Part shown: positions 24,521-38,760 of the stretch, piece by piece
How the letters are laid out: every line of letters begins with the position of its first letter
How positions within the stretch are numbered: position 1 is the first letter of the stretch
Source: Hypanus sabinus
Lineage: Eukaryota
Length of the DNA stretch: 64,000 nt
Direction: 5' to 3'
NCBI RefSeq assembly: GCF_030144855.1
Contig: NC_082713.1
Location: 134,602,001-134,666,000 of the forward strand
The notes under the pieces: model-generated
Told to the model about the DNA's origin: nothing
Database searches by the model: none
What the model saw: only the letters and a program-made list of their open reading frames with translations
Position numbers and translations under genes: made by a program

Positions 24521-26268
24521 AATGCTATTAAAATGATGATTTTACCGAAATTTTTATATTTATTTCAAGCCTTACCAATTCTTATTCCTAAGTCTTTTTT
24601 TGATAGCATTGATTCAAAAATTTCCTCATTTGTGTGGCAAAATAAAAACCCCAGTTTAAGTAAAAGACAGTTACAGAAATCTAAAAAAGATGGTGGTTTA
24701 GCTTTACCTAATCTTAGATTTTACTATTGGGCGAATAATATTCGAAATTTAATATATTGGAAACTAGATTTGGATTCACCATTGTGCCAACAGTGGGTAA
24801 ATTTAGAATGTAATGATGCACAAGGATATTCTTTATTCTCTGTTCTTGGTTCTTCTCTCCCTGCTGATTTAGTTAAACTCAATAAACAGATATCCAACCC
24901 TATTGTCAAACATACATTACGAATTTGGTTTCAATTTCATAAGTTTTTTACTCTGAAAAACTTTGTCCTTGATAGCCCTATCTTACTTAACTTTTTTTTA
25001 AAAACCTTCTTTAACAGATCAAGCTTTTAGCATATGGAAAAGGAAAGGTATAATATGTTTTCGTGATCTTTTTTCTGAAGGTAGTTTGATGTCTTTTGAC
25101 CAACTTTCCAACAAATTTAAGTTACCTAAATCAAATTTTTTTAGATATTTCCAAATTAGAAAATTTTTATATAAAGTTTTACCATCCTTTCCCAATTCAA
25201 CTTTGATAGATTTTTCAGATATGATTTTTACTTTGAATCCCTGTCAGAAGGGATTAGTGGCTCTTATTTATAATATGATTATGAAGATTCAACCAGAGGT
25301 ATCGGGTAGAATTAAACAAGAGTGGGAAAAAGAACTTCAATACAATATATCAACAGAAAAATGGGAAAAGATTTTACAAATGGTTAATTCTTCTTCTATA
25401 TGTGCTAAACATGCTTTAATACAATTTAAGGTCGTACATAGAGCTCATATGTCTAAAGATAAGCCTGCTCGATTTTATTCTCATATTAACCCTCAATGTG
25501 ACAGATATCATTCAGATGTGGCCTCATTGACCCACATGTTTTGGTCATATCCTACCTTACATAACTATTGGAAGGACATATTTGCTACCATTTCCTCAAT
25601 TTGGAATATTGATTTACAACCTCATTTTATCACTGCAATTTTTGGTATACCAAATGAGGATGGTAGTTGACTTTCCCCTTCAATTAGACGAATGATCGTC
25701 TTTGCAACATTAATGGCCAGAAGGTCTATATTACAAAATTGGAAAGAAGTAAATCCTCCTACCACGTTTCAGTGGTTCTCTCAAACTGTCTCTTGTCTGA
25801 GCTTAGAAAAAATTAGAAGTACTATTTTCGATTCATCAATTAAATTTGAAGAAACTTGGGGACCGTTCATTCGACACTTTCATATGAATTAATTTGGCCT
25901 CTTCCAGACCTTTCCTCTTTTTATTCTTGTTCTGGTATGGAGTTCTGGAGTTTTTGACACTATCATATACGTATAAACTATTATTATTGCCCATGTTAGT
26001 TTAGGTTTATTTTTTTTATATACAGTTTTTCTTGCATTTTTATATATTTTTTTTCTTTTGATGACTATTCTTATTCTTTTTCATGTATAATCAATATAGG
26101 TTAGATTGATTATTGTACGATTTTTTTTGCTGATATTTTAATAAGATATTGTTATCTTATTACTAATTTAACTTAAAGTCTAATGTATTCATAACCTATT
26201 TAATACAATATTATGTTATATATTTTTTATATATGAAAATTAATAAAAAGATTGAAAAAGAAAGAAAG
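24521..26268 (+). mobile_element. L1-clade LINE, 5'-truncated
   Basis: ORFs 24533-25030 (ILPKFLYLFQALP, GGLALPNLRFYYWA), 25086-25670 and 25692-25892; AATAAA at 26242 plus (GAAA)n tail; 14-bp TSD agaacatcat[a/t]ctt at 24507 and 26269. Confidence 0.92.
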
Positions 26269-26435
26269 AGAACATCATTCTTGACTTGAATGATCACATT
26301 ACTACTATTGTTGGGTGAGTTACCTGCAGTTGTGATTCTACAGATGTTTACTGTTTTCAGTAGCCGGTCCCGCCATCTGAACGATGGACTGTAGATGCTA
26401 CTGAAGGATGTTTTTTGTCTTCTTTACAAACCCTG

Positions 26436-28925
26436 GATAAGACCGTAAGACATAGGTGCAAAATTAGGTGATTCAGCCCTCTGAGTCCACTCCTCCCATT
26501 TCATCACGGCTGACTTATCTCTCTCAAACCCATTCTCCTGCCTTCTTCCCATGACGCTCAATGCCCTGACTAATCAAGCAGCTATCTACCTCCACTTTAA
26601 ATATATTCAATGACTTGGCCTTCACAGCCTTCCATGGCAATAAATTCTACAGATTCACCACCGTCTGGCTTAAGAAATTCCTTTTCATCTCTGTTCTAAA
26701 TAGACATCATTTTATTCTGCGGCGCTGCCCTTTGGTCACCTACCACAGGAAACATCCTCTCCATATTCACTCTGTTCAGACCTTTCACTATTTGATAGGT
26801 TTTAATGAGATCACCCCTCATTCTTCTAAACTGCAGCAAGTATAGGCTCAGAAACATTAAATGCTCCTCATATGTACGTTAACCCTTTCATTCCTGGAAT
26901 CATTCTCACAAACATTCTCTGGACCCTCTTCAATGCCAATACATCTTTTCTTAGATAAAGGGCCCAAAACTGCCCACAATACTCCAAGTGTGGTCTGGCC
27001 AAAGTCTTAGAAAGCCTCAGCATTATACCCCTGCTTTAATATTCTAGCCCTCTTAAAATGAATGATAAAATTTTACTTGCCCTCCTTATCACTAACTAAG
27101 CCTGCAAGTGAAGCTTTCCAAGACCCTTTGCACCTCTGAGTTTTGAATTTTCTTCCTACTCAGAAAATAATCTGGTCCTTTATCACTTCTACTGAAGTGC
27201 ATGATTATAGACTTCCCCACATTAGAATCCACTTGCCACTTCTTTGCCTATTCTCAAATCTGAGTAAGTGCTTCTGCAGATGCTCTGCTTTCTCAAAATT
27301 ACCTGTCCCTACACCTACCTTCATATCACCTGCAAACATGGCCACAAAATCATCAATTCTGTCATCCAAATCACTGACATTTACTGTGAATAGAAGTGAC
27401 CCTAATACTGACCCTGCAGAACACCGTCACCGGCAGCCAACCAGAAAAGGTCCCCGTTATTCCAACTTTTTGCCTCCAGCCACTCAGCCAATCTTCTCTC
27501 TATGCTAGTTTTTTTTATCCATGTAACTACTTTTCCTTTAATACTACGGGTTCTTACCTTGTTAAGCAGCTTCATGTGCGGCACCTTGTCAAAAGCCTTC
27601 AGAAAATCCACATAAACATCCATTGACTCTCCTTTGTCTATCCTGCCAGTTACTTCCTCAAAGAATCCCAACAGATTTGTCAGGTAGGATTTCCCCTTAA
27701 GGAAACCATGCTGACATTGGCTCATGTACCTCCAAGTACCTCAAAGCCCCATTCTTAATAATGGACTCCAAAGTGGTCCCAACCACTGAAGACAGGCTAA
27801 CTGATTTATCATCTCCTTTCTTCTGCCTCCCTCCCTTGTTAAAGAGTGGAGTGACATTTGCAATTTTCCTGCCCTTGAAACCACGTCAGAAACTAGTGAT
27901 TCTTGAAAGATCATTACTAACCCTTCACAATCTCTTCAGCAACTTCTTTAAAAACCTTGTGGTTTAGTGAAGCTTCTCCATTGTTACATCTATCACAATA
28001 GGGAGATATTTCTGAATGAAAATGAGATAGCTTATCCTTGGTCATCCTTCTCCTTAATAATAACAGCTACAGTGATTTTTGACCCCTGACTCTCGAATTT
28101 CTGGCATTCTGCTAGTATCTTCCACAGTGAAACTGATAAAAAGTACTTATTAGTTCATTTGCCAATTCTTTCTCCCTCATTGCTACCTCTCCAACTTCAT
28201 TTTCCAGTCGTCCAATATCCACTCTCACCTCTCTTTTACTATTTATATATCTGAAAAACTTGTGGTATCCTCTTTTACATTATTGGCCTGCTTACATTCA
28301 TATTTCACCTTTTCTCTCCTTATAGCTTTTTTAGTTTCCTTCTGCTGGTTTTTAAAAAGCTTCCCAATCCTCTAACTTCTCACTAATTTCTGCTACATTA
28401 TATGTCTTCTCTTTTGCTTTTGAGGTATCTTTGATTTCCCTTATAAGCCAAGGTTGCCTCATCCTCCTTTTAGTATATTTCTTCCTCTTTAATACGCATC
28501 TTTCTTGCACCTTCCGAATCGTTCCCAGAATCTCCACCCATTGCTGTTCCACTGCCATACATGCTAGTATTTCCTTCACTCAGCTTTGGCTGGCTCCTCT
28601 CTTATGCCTCTGTAACTTCCTTTACTCCACTATAATAGTGATACTTATGACTTCTAACTTCTCCATCTGAAACTGCAGGGTGAATTCTATCATTTCACTG
28701 CCTCCTAAGGATTTGTTTACCTTAAGCTCCTTGATCATATCTGGTTCACTGCACAACACCCAATCAAGAATTGCTTTTCGCCAAGTGGGCTCAAACACAA
28801 GTTGCTCTAAAAAGCATTCTACATATTTCCTCTCTTGGGAGCCAGAACCAACTTGATTTTTCCAATCTACCTGCATATTGAAATCCCTCATAACTGTCAT
28901 AACATTACCCTTATTATATGCCTGG
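26436..28925 (-). mobile_element. CR1 LINE, decayed ORF2 with 3' tail
   Basis: Tail ataagaccgtaagacatagg; ORFs 27402-27725 (QHGFLKGKSYLTNLL, DFLKAFDKVPH), 28352-28579 and 28622-28900 (MRDFN, AILDWVL). Confidence 0.88.
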
Positions 28926-29044
28926 AGCTAATACATACCTGTATTTGGAGGCATTAACAGGTACCTTTGTGATTGTACCCTATGGCAGCGAGAGTTGCCT
29001 GCTTGAGTATACCACTTAAGCGGCTGAATAACTCTGATTCAAAG

Positions 29045-29565
29045 GTGAGTGAGACCACACTTGGAGTGCTGTGTGCAGTTTTGGTTGCTTTGCTGTAGGA
29101 AAGATGTCATTAAACTGCAAAAAAAATTCTCAAAAATGTTACCAAGACTGCAGGGCTTGAGTTAAATAAGGAGAAACGAGATTGGACGTGATTTGTTTCC
29201 TTAGAGCATAGGAAACCGAAGGGTGACATGTTAGAGGAATATGGATAGGTGCGGATAAGCCGATGGGCACTGTTTTTGCCCAGGTTATGAGAGTCTAAAA
29301 GTAAAGGACACAGTTTCAAGGTGAGCGGAGAAGGATTTGAAATGATACTTAGTGGCAATTTCTTCCCCACAGAGGATGGTAGATATATGGAATAAAATAA
29401 AGCTGTGAAGATGGATACAATTACAACGTTTAAAAGACATTTAGATACGGAAAGCAAAGGTTTAGAGAGGTATGGCCAAATGCAAGCGAGTGAGATTAGC
29501 TTGGGTACATAAATTGGTCAGCAATGCAAGTTAGTCTGAAGGCCCTATTTCCGTTCTATATGGCT
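29045..29565 (+). mobile_element. CR1 3' fragment
   Basis: ccacacttggagtgctgtgtgcagttttgg (HLECCVQFW); 3' gaaggccctatttccgttctatatgg. Confidence 0.75.
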
Positions 29566-29929
29566 TACACTTCAGCCTGGCAGTCACTTACATGGATATT
29601 TAAATCATTTATTCATTATTTGCCAGAGCTGGAAGGACTGAAGTCTGGAATTAGTTGAGCTGGTGACATTATGCAGTCAGAAATAGGAGGGTTTAGATTT
29701 ACATAGCTTAACATTCCTCCCAGGCAGCTCAGGAGAGCAGCATATTTTCAGGCCCCAAATCATACATAAAAACCATCAGTTCAAGTATTAGCACCAGACA
29801 GAGGACTAGCATGCCAGTACTGGCTCCTGGAGTCAAAGCCATAAAGATAGCTCAGAGACTGTACTGTCAATCACCATTTTCACTGGTCCTAATGTCTCCC
29901 ATCTTATTCTTCTCAATTTCTACCATCGC

Positions 29930-30132
29930 TACACACTGGAGGCCAATTTTCAGTGGTCAATTAACCTACCAACCCACACTTCTTTTCTCATGTGGGAGAA
30001 AACCTCAGCACCCAGGAGAATACTGAAACGGTTACAGGGAGAATTTATAAATTCTGCACAGACAGATCATGAGGTCGGGATTACCTAGGTGCCTGGCACT
30101 GTGAGGCAGCAGCTCAACTGGCTGAACCACTT
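29930..30132 (-). mobile_element. tRNA-derived SINE (HE1/V-SINE-like), partial
   Basis: Reverse complement has a tRNA-like head (gtggttcagccagttgagctgctgcctcacagtgccagg) and a core similar to 55000-55340. Confidence 0.6.
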
Positions 30133-33100
30133 TGCAATCCCTTGCAATCCACTTAATTCCACCTTCCTGCTCTTTCCCCACATTCCTCATGCCACTGGTA
30201 ACGGGATTAGAGTTTCTCCTTAATTAAAACTTCCTAATCATTTTGAACACATCCATCAAACACCCCAATATCTTTCTCAATGCCAGCCTCAAAGATTCTC
30301 CAGATTATTAGAGACTGTTACCTCTTGTACCAAAATCTCTACTATGATAAGGAATCCAATCTATTATCACCATTCACGTGAGGAGCCAGGCAGCCTTTGT
30401 TTAGATCTCGTCTCACTCACTCATCATCTAGTCATTGGAATGCCAGGAATCAGAATAAGGACTGGGAGGGATAAGACTGTCGTGAGTTCACTCCCATTGT
30501 CACTCCCTAGAAAGGAAACGACTGAATAGTAACAGGGAAACCAGGACAAGTAACGATAGAAGCTGTGAGCTAAGTGGAAGTGATGGCTCCAGTGGACCAA
30601 GAACCTGGCAATAAATAGACAGCTGGCTTTTGCACACACTGGTAACGTATCACCCAGATTAATAGTTTATTATGGAATACACATGTAGTGGCAGAGCAGC
30701 TAAATTATCTGGCTAATAAACTGTTGGCCTGATAAAAGCAGTTAAAAAATTTAATTCAGTTAATGGTACAGAATTCAGAGGTGAAAAATAATACTTGTTC
30801 TTTGTAATGATGGCCATGAAAAACTGCCCATTTGCCCTTCAGGGGAGGAAATCTGCCATCCAGGTGTGGACTACATGTGACTTCAAACTCAGCTCATGGG
30901 GTTGACTTTCTAAATGCTCATTAAGACAAGCCACTTGAACCACAACCACTGTGCTTTAATGGAAAGCTGCTGGGGCTCAAAAAGCAGCTAGCTGCCATTT
31001 TCTCAGAAGCCCCTGTGGATGGTAATTCAATATTGGCCTAGAGGGTTTTGTCCTGAACCTTAAGAAGAATTTACAGCTATTTTCATTGCTTTTCAAGTTC
31101 TCTGTAACTTGGTTAAAAGAAGATTGAACTTGGATTTGGAGTCTATTGATATACCAGCTATACTCAGCTACCTCAGAGCCCCCTGAAGCTGCAGTTCCCA
31201 AGAGACCAGCACTAAAGGGAAAACATCTGTCTGAAAGCAATGTGTGCTAGCTCTGTCCTCAAGTCAACTCCTCCAGGATGCCAGCAAAAAGATCATAAAA
31301 ATGTTTAAATGGTTCTGTTCATTACCTATCTCTCTCTCCCATTCTCCTTACCTTTTGATTGCCTCCTGCCCACTTCCTAATCTCTCTCATCTTGGGTCTC
31401 TCTCTCTTTCTAGTTATTTACTCCATTCTTCCAAGTCCTAAACTTTGTGTTCTGCAGAGCATTGTGCAAGCTTAAATTGAACTATTGATGGTGAGTGGGT
31501 GCCTGCAGTCCTCTAGTCTGATGTGACTGTTTCAGGCTTAACTACTTCAGTTCAGGCATTGAACCAAGTGCATAATTCATGATGACAAACTCTTTTAGCC
31601 AGCATTTCTTCCTGCCATGTTACACAAAGCGTTGGTCATGTTTTAAATTAGTTGGGTATATCAAGTGAAGCAGCTTCTTGTAGACTGCAGCCTGCGCCCT
31701 TTGCTGTAGCAGTAACACAAGGTATGGCCATGGGAATTGGACCAATTACACCAACAACATGCAGAATCAACTCCTCATCAGTATTAGGCTAGACTCTAGC
31801 CTGACATTATACCGCACATTGGACACATTGTTGCAGACTAGCTCGGCTAGTACAACTGCAGTGAAATTTAATTTCAGTGAGTTAAACAGACACATGTAAT
31901 AGCTACCACAAATGAGAAGCAGCTCCACCCTGATGGCCAATTTAGTGGCAGGCAATAGTCCAGTTCCATATCCATTGCAATATGGCTGACTGCTTTTTGA
32001 AAAATGGTCTAAAGAGCCACACATTGTAGCAAACAATTCTTCAGACAATGTTGAAGAACCACGGACATAACACTGTGTCCTTACCGTTTCACCAGGCTGG
32101 TATGTCATCATTTTCTTCTACGTGGTTTATTAAATTGTGGTTGTTTCGTGGATTTGATGGTGCTAGTCAAATGAATCATGTACTACACTGTGAGCTTCAA
32201 GACTGCAATGGAATTCAATCCCTCTACTGGTAGCCCAGAACATGCCATGGTTTTCTAAATCTGTTCTAGGTCTGTGCAGCCCTTGCATCGCACAATGCAA
32301 TGCATCCTCATTTTGAGGATTACACTTTGTGATAGATGGTCGATGTGCGGGTCACTCCAGAACAGTCACCTCTGTGGTATGTAGATTCTTGAGAACAAGA
32401 TCAGCAGGATTTTCCTCGCCATTCGATTGCCTCCTCAGTGGGCTCGCAGTTAGCTCCGCAGCAAAATCCTCAGGATTCAGGTGGCTCAGACAGTTCTGAT
32501 GGAGATAACGTATTTGATTACACACATACTAAAATATGGAAGCAACATAGACAGAGATAAGCGATGCACAATTAATGTATCAAATCAGCCCTATCACGTC
32601 TCAATGTGAATTTTGGTGGTTTTGTGAGCACCACTACACCCAGATAGAGATCAGCACTTGAATGCAAGATAAGGTTGAATGATTTTCAAGCAAGAGTGCT
32701 GACTGGATGATATATCACTGACCTGTCCTGAAGTGCCCCCATTACAGAAGTCAGGTTTCAGCCAGTATGAGTCAGCCATGCAATATCATAAAAGGAAAGC
32801 ATTGAAATAAATGTCAAGGATGCAGAAACTGATAATATGCTGTCTATATTGCTCTCGAATTATCAGTGGCACCAGACAAGCTCTGCTATTATTATGGAAT
32901 TTTCCATTTTCTTGGTTTAATACAAACTTAGGTAGGTATAAATTTTTTTTTTAAATCTTGGAAATGGTCACCAGCTTGGGCTGCATCTGAAGGAAGAGAA
33001 ATAGAGTTTAGTTTTCAGGCCAAAGATACAGCCTAATGGTCTGAGTATTTCAAGCATTTTGTTTTTAAGATTTCCAGTGCCTGATTCTTTTTTTTTGACT

Positions 33101-34717
33101 TTCACCAGTTTACTTTTGTGCTGTGCACATAAAGAAGGACAAAACCAGTGTCGCTCAGTAACCTTCTCAGGAGATTAGATTTTGCAAGACCACTCAATGG
33201 CTGATGTCTTTACAGCACTGGCAGACAAACTGAATTCTAGAGGCAAGATGTGAGCTGTTGTGCTTGACTTTAAGGTAGATAGTCTATCAAAGGATGCAAA
33301 ACTTCGCATGGTGATCACTCATTTAAGAAAATGATCATGGGGTGGGGAAAGCTCGGAATGGGTTAGAAATGATATAGGGCCCAATGAGAAGACTTCATCA
33401 GTGATGTTGGAAAGGATGTCTGGAGATGGATTATTGACTGCACCAGAGAAAAGATCAGTGGAGAAGGAGAAAGAGGTCAGGAAGAGACCTAAGGTACCAT
33501 GAGGACATCAGTAAAGATTGAAGCAATGGAGGCCATTACGGAGTTAACGATGTTGAGAATCAAACACTTCCCTGGCAAAATAATAGGCTGGGACTCAAGA
33601 CACCCTTGTGTTCATGACTTGCTCTGCAGTTTGTGAATCAAATGTGCATGGTAGAATTGCACACAATTAACATAATTTCAGAATAGTAAACTGAGTAGAC
33701 CCAACAATCTCCATGTACATACGTATCACGCACTTGGTGGACCTAGACCTAATTTCAAGATATGTGTGCATAAAGCAACCAATTGCACTTGGCCATTGGG
33801 TGCAAGATAAAATTCAGTTGTGCATTGCATAAAAACATCACACGCTGCAATACAATTTCTAAGGCCAATCTTCAAATGCTCAGGGCGACACTCAGTGATA
33901 ATACCTATTCCTTCCAAATCTCACCCTCCATGTTAATAACTCTGTTCCAGCACCTGAGACCATGCTGTAGGCTTTGTTCTGTGAAGCCTTTATGATTGAG
34001 CATTGGAGTTCTGGGACAAGCCTTTCATTTCTAGGTTATACTCTGTTCTTGTGCCTCATTGTAGAACATAATGCATTGATAATATTCTGATAGTGTACTT
34101 TTGCTTTGAGCAGATCATTTGTGGCAATGATACTTGGGACAGGGAGCTGAACAGGTACTGGCAAATCTCAAATCCTTCTCCAACAAAAGCCCAGGATAGA
34201 CAAAAATAAGACTAGCATTTATTCTGGTGAAAGATTGGCTAACTGAAATATTATCTATTTTTCTGTCTTTACAAATGTCACAGTGTATTTTCAACATATT
34301 ATGCTTTTTTCCCCTAGATTTCCAACATCTATAAGAACATAAGGTCTTGGAAAGCAATTAGGCCATTCAGCCCATCAAGTCTGCTTGGTCATTCAATCAC
34401 AACTAATTTTTTTCTCCTGTTCTGCTGCCTTCTCCCCCTTATCAATCAAGAACTCATGAATCGTTGCCTTATCTACACCTAATGACTTGGCCTGCACAAC
34501 CCTCTGCATCCCATATTCAGCACGTTGCTTTCTGATGTCCCTTTCACATCACATTCAGTAAAGGTGCAGTCAGTAATGCAGTTTTCCAGTACTATTTAAT
34601 CCAAAAGTATACCATCCAGTTTGTGCATAGCAAGCGCTCACCACTTCATGGTTATAATCAGACAATAGACCAGAAATACCTTAACACAATAGTAAACAAA
34701 TGCAATTAAACCTGTGT

Positions 34718-35012
34718 AGCATGCTAGCATAGTGGTTAACACAAATCTACAGGACCAGCAATTCCCACTGCTGTCTGTAAGGATCTTGTGTTTTCTCCCT
34801 GTGACTACTTGGGTTTCCTCAAGGTGCTCTAGTTTTCTCCAATATTCCGAAACACGTATGAATTAGGGTTAGTAAGTTGAGGGCATGCCATGTTGGCACT
34901 GGAAGCAAGGTAACACTCGCAGGCTGCCCCTCGGGCTGTGTGGGTCACTGATACACACAACACACTTCACTGTATGTTTTGATTTATAAATAACAAATAA
35001 ACTAATAATCTT
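34718..35012 (+). mobile_element. tRNA-derived SINE with a Rex-like tail
   Basis: Head tagcatagtggttaacac; core tgggtttcctc..gtgctctagttttctcc; tail cactgtatgttttgat..aaataaa. Confidence 0.6.
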
Positions 35013-35231
35013 ATTGAAAGCTGTTTAACATAGAATAGACAATTTTTGGCTGTCAGTGCCCACTAGGAAATTCTTCTGATTTTACAGTGGGAATCCTGTT
35101 CTCCATGCACTTTCTTTCTGGTGCTAACCTTCATCAGTGCAACGTCTCATTTGCAGTGAGATTTCCAGCCTCGTTCTGACACCAGTTCTCATTTACTCAG
35201 AGCCTGGTTTATCAACCTCTTTTCCCAGCAT

Positions 35232-36077
35232 TCTCATGTCCACTCGTTCCCCCCTCCCCATCCTTTCCCACCGATCTCCCTCCTGGCACTTATCCTTGTA
35301 AGCAGAACAAGTGCTTCACCTGCCCTTACACTTCCTCCCTCACCACCATTCAGGGCCCCCCCCCCCCAGACAGTCCTTCCAGGTGAGGCGACACTTCACC
35401 TGTGAGTCGGCTGATGTGGTATACCGCGTCCGGTGCTCCCGGTATGGCCTTTTATATATTGGTGAGACCCGACGCAGACTGGGAGACCGTTTCGTTGAAG
35501 ACCGACGCTCGGTCCGCCAGAGAAAGCAGGATCTCCCAGTGGCCACATATTTTAATTCCACGTCCCATTCCCATTCTGATATGTCTATCCATGGCCTCCT
35601 CTACTGTCAAAATGAATCCAAACTCAGGTTGGAGGAACAACACCTTATATACCGGGTGGGTAGCCTCCAACCTGATGGCATGAATATTGACTTCTCTAAC
35701 TTCCGTTAATGCCCCTCCTTCCCTTCTTACCCCATCCCTGACATATTTAGTTATTTGCCTGTTCTCCATCTCCTTCTGGTGCTTCACCCCTTCCCCCTTT
35801 CATTCTCCCGAGGCCTCCCGTCCCATGATCCTTTCCCTTCTCCAGCTCTGTATCACTTTCGCCAATCACCTTTCCAGTTCTCAGCTTCACCCCACCCCCT
35901 CCAGTCTTCTCCTATCATTTCACATTTCCCCCTCCCCCCACTAATTTCAAATCTCTTACTACCTTTCCTTTCGGTTAGTCCTGACGAAGGGTGTCGGCCC
36001 AAAACGTCTACAGTGCTTCTCCTTACAGATGCTGCCTGGCCAGCTGTGTTCCACCAGCATTTTGTGTGTGTTGCTTG
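35232..36077 (+). mobile_element. Penelope-like element 3' end: GIY-YIG endonuclease plus pseudo-LTR
   Basis: ORF 35311-35709 FTCESADVVYRVRCSRYGLLYIGETRRRLGDRF..EQHLIYRVGSLQPDGMN; pyrimidine-rich 3' region; ends ccagcattttgtgtgtgttgctt. Confidence 0.9.
35976..36013 (+). ncRNA. Decayed minimal type I hammerhead ribozyme in the Penelope pseudo-LTR
   Basis: tagtc-CTGACGA-a-GGG tgtcgg CCC-aAAA-CGTC-tacag: core box 1, stem II, GAAA box with a G>A change, and a GUC cleavage triplet. Confidence 0.6.
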
Positions 36078-36364
36078 ATAAACCTTTGGTGCCTTAACTG
36101 TTCTGCCATTGGAGGTCATGACCATGGTGGCACTCAGTTTTGTGGCTTCAAGATCATTTCAGTCGGTGGCTTATATCTGCCACATCTCACCGCATGCTGT
36201 TACTACTGCATTCAAAAGTTCACCCAAACTCCACACTCATGGGGAGGTAAGCTCATCTAGCTTTCCTTTGGCCCACAGGAGTACAGAAGCTGAATTACAG
36301 ATTTTCTCAAAGTGCAAGTGTTTACTGACTATTCTTCTTCTCTGAGATCTTCATTCTTTAGGAA

Positions 36365-36758
36365 CTTCCAGCTAAGGTCATTGAGGGGCTCCATGCACAA
36401 TGAACGTGCCTCCTCGAGTGATGTCCATCACCCACACATATCTACCACTGGTTCTGTTCCCTATCTTCTGCCCTTATCCTCTACTATCAGGTTTCATATT
36501 TTCTCACTCCTTTGTCACTTCCACCTACCACCTCCTTGCTTCTTACATCATTTCCATTCTCCTCCATCTCTCATTTGGATCCACCCCTCGTCCCTCAGTT
36601 TTATGCTGGCAATTTCCTCCTCAATCTTTCTAGTTCTGGTTTTCAACCCAAAACATTGACTGTTCATTTCCCTCCATAGATGCTGCCTGACCTGCAGAAT
36701 GTCTTCAACCTCCTTGAGTCTTGCTCCAGATTTCCAGCGTTTTCAATCACTTGTGTCC
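36365..36758 (+). mobile_element. Decayed Penelope-derived pseudo-LTR fragment
   Basis: Pyrimidine-rich tract followed by cccaaaacattgactgttcatttccctccatagatgctgcctgacctgc, similar to 36000-36050. Confidence 0.6.
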
Positions 36759-38449
36759 CTATAGTCTAACAACATTCCTGTCATCACCCAGATGATGCAA
36801 CATTATTGCGTTCAGAAGTAACATTGATTTGCAATTTAATAACATTGTATGTATTGTGGTAAGTACCTTGCAGGAATGTGCAAAACTCACATAACGTCAA
36901 TCGGGAATGCTACTGAAAAAGACAACATCAATTCCAGAGAGGAGATGCACAGGGAAAGCAGTCAATGTTTTTCTGTAAACCTTCTAATTGAACTTCTTTT
37001 TCAGTGAATAATGTTCAGATGATTGACAATACTATTTTTATGGCAAAATCATCAAAGTGGAACAATTTCAAGGCCCATTTCTTTTTGTGATGGTGAGTGA
37101 GAGATGAATATTGACTTGGACACAGAGATAAATAATCGGCCATACACTGGGAATAACACTACCTCCTCTAATATGAAGAAGAGCGCCACAAGATGAAGAC
37201 CTTCCACATCTATCTCAGAGAGTTGACTGCCAGCTGAGGCTTTTGGAGCCATTATTTGTCCAAATGAAACCTGTCAGTGGGTTCTCACCAGTGAACATGA
37301 GAAATCTCTGTCTTTTCGCCTACTGTTATTAAATGCCCCAATGTACATTTGCAGCAGGTCCTACTTTTAATTCTTGTTTTCCTGCATTCACAACTCTTAC
37401 TGACCTATCCGATGAAATGTCCTGGCTGCTTGTATGCATGGTCTAATTACTTTTGCAAAACTAATTGACTTGCCTGTGGTGTCTCAGTGGAGTGGGCAGT
37501 GGGGAGGCAGACGTTGTCAGACTGGCAGCAACTAATAGGGGAAAGATGAATCCATGCTGTGGGTGATTTTTGTTCTTTTCCGAAGTTAATTTGTCTCCTT
37601 ATGTAGCCATGTCACAAAGCATTTTAATTGCATTTTCAAGGCCTGTGCAGATTGACATATTTACTGTAGTTAGGATAATTTCACATTGTCCTCACAGGGG
37701 AACTTGTCTTCTTCAGTTAGAGGCATTTTTCATCTTCCCCCAGAAATGTCCTCAAGGATGAAGAGTGGATGGGAGGAGGAGGAACTAAATTTTGCGCGTA
37801 ATAGAGCTGCTGTGAGAAGGACCAAAGGGGGAGAAGATGTAACATGGGAAATAGGATGGATAGAAAGATCAAAGAAGCAGATAAGCCAAATGACAGAACA
37901 GGCTCAAGAGAGGAGTGACCTACTCTTGTATTTGCAGAGGAAAGAATGAGAAATGAAGCTGTAAGAGGAGAGGAAGAAAAGGCAAATTAATAAGCAAGAG
38001 AATAGTTTTTTTTAATAGTTAAAATAATTCTGATTGAAATTAATTAAATTTTCGAAATATAGAGATTTGAGGTAGACTGTGAAGTGAACCCACGATGTGA
38101 TGAAGAATATTCAAAATTAGATCTAAGTAGAAACCTGATATCAACCTAAGGGAAAATGGTTAAAATTTCAGCAGCAAAGTTGGATCAAGTACACCATGAT
38201 AATAAGGTGACCTCTGACAGTGCTCCTGGCTATGTAATGTCACTGAACAGCCAGCAACGTTACATTCACAGATTGGAACTATTTTTTTTACACTAGACTG
38301 GGGGTGCCAAGGAAGCCAAATCCAAACTCACTCATCAATCCATTTTATTAAACAGTTGCACTTTGCAACAATAATCTCTTTGTTGAGATGATGGAATTTA
38401 TATTTCTTAGCATTTATATCCAGCTTGGTAAATAGAAAACCCAGTAATG

Positions 38450-38760
38450 CAGTGGTACAGCAGAAAGTGCAAGTAGCTTAGAGCACCAGTGACCTGAGTT
38501 CAATCCTGAACTCGAGCATTGTCTATCTGCAGTTTGCATACTCCCCTTGAGAATGGATATCTCTTAAGGCAGTCCGATTTTTCTCCCATATCCCAAAGAC
38601 ATGCCAGTTATATGATAAATTAGTCACAGTAAATTGCCCTGAGTGTGCGTGGGTTGCAGGAGAATTGGTGGGGGGTGTTATTGGGGATATGCAAGGGAAC
38701 TGGCTGCAGGAAATAAGCGAAGGAAATACAATGAGATTTACAGCCTAACTAGTCTCTATC
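38450..38760 (+). mobile_element. tRNA-derived SINE, decayed
   Basis: gcagtggtacagc head, gacctgagttcaatcct B-box-like motif, and ttctcccatatcccaaagac core. Confidence 0.6.

Noticed and set aside
26280-26320. cattactactattgt (HYYYC) as the missing USP35 His box beyond the LTR and L1
   Set aside because: No upstream YDL.SVVVHSG motif, flanked by stops, and outside the element; most likely chance.
31600-33600. Old LINE or Penelope remnants and ORF 31767-32111
   Set aside because: Too decayed to assign; no recognisable protein motif.
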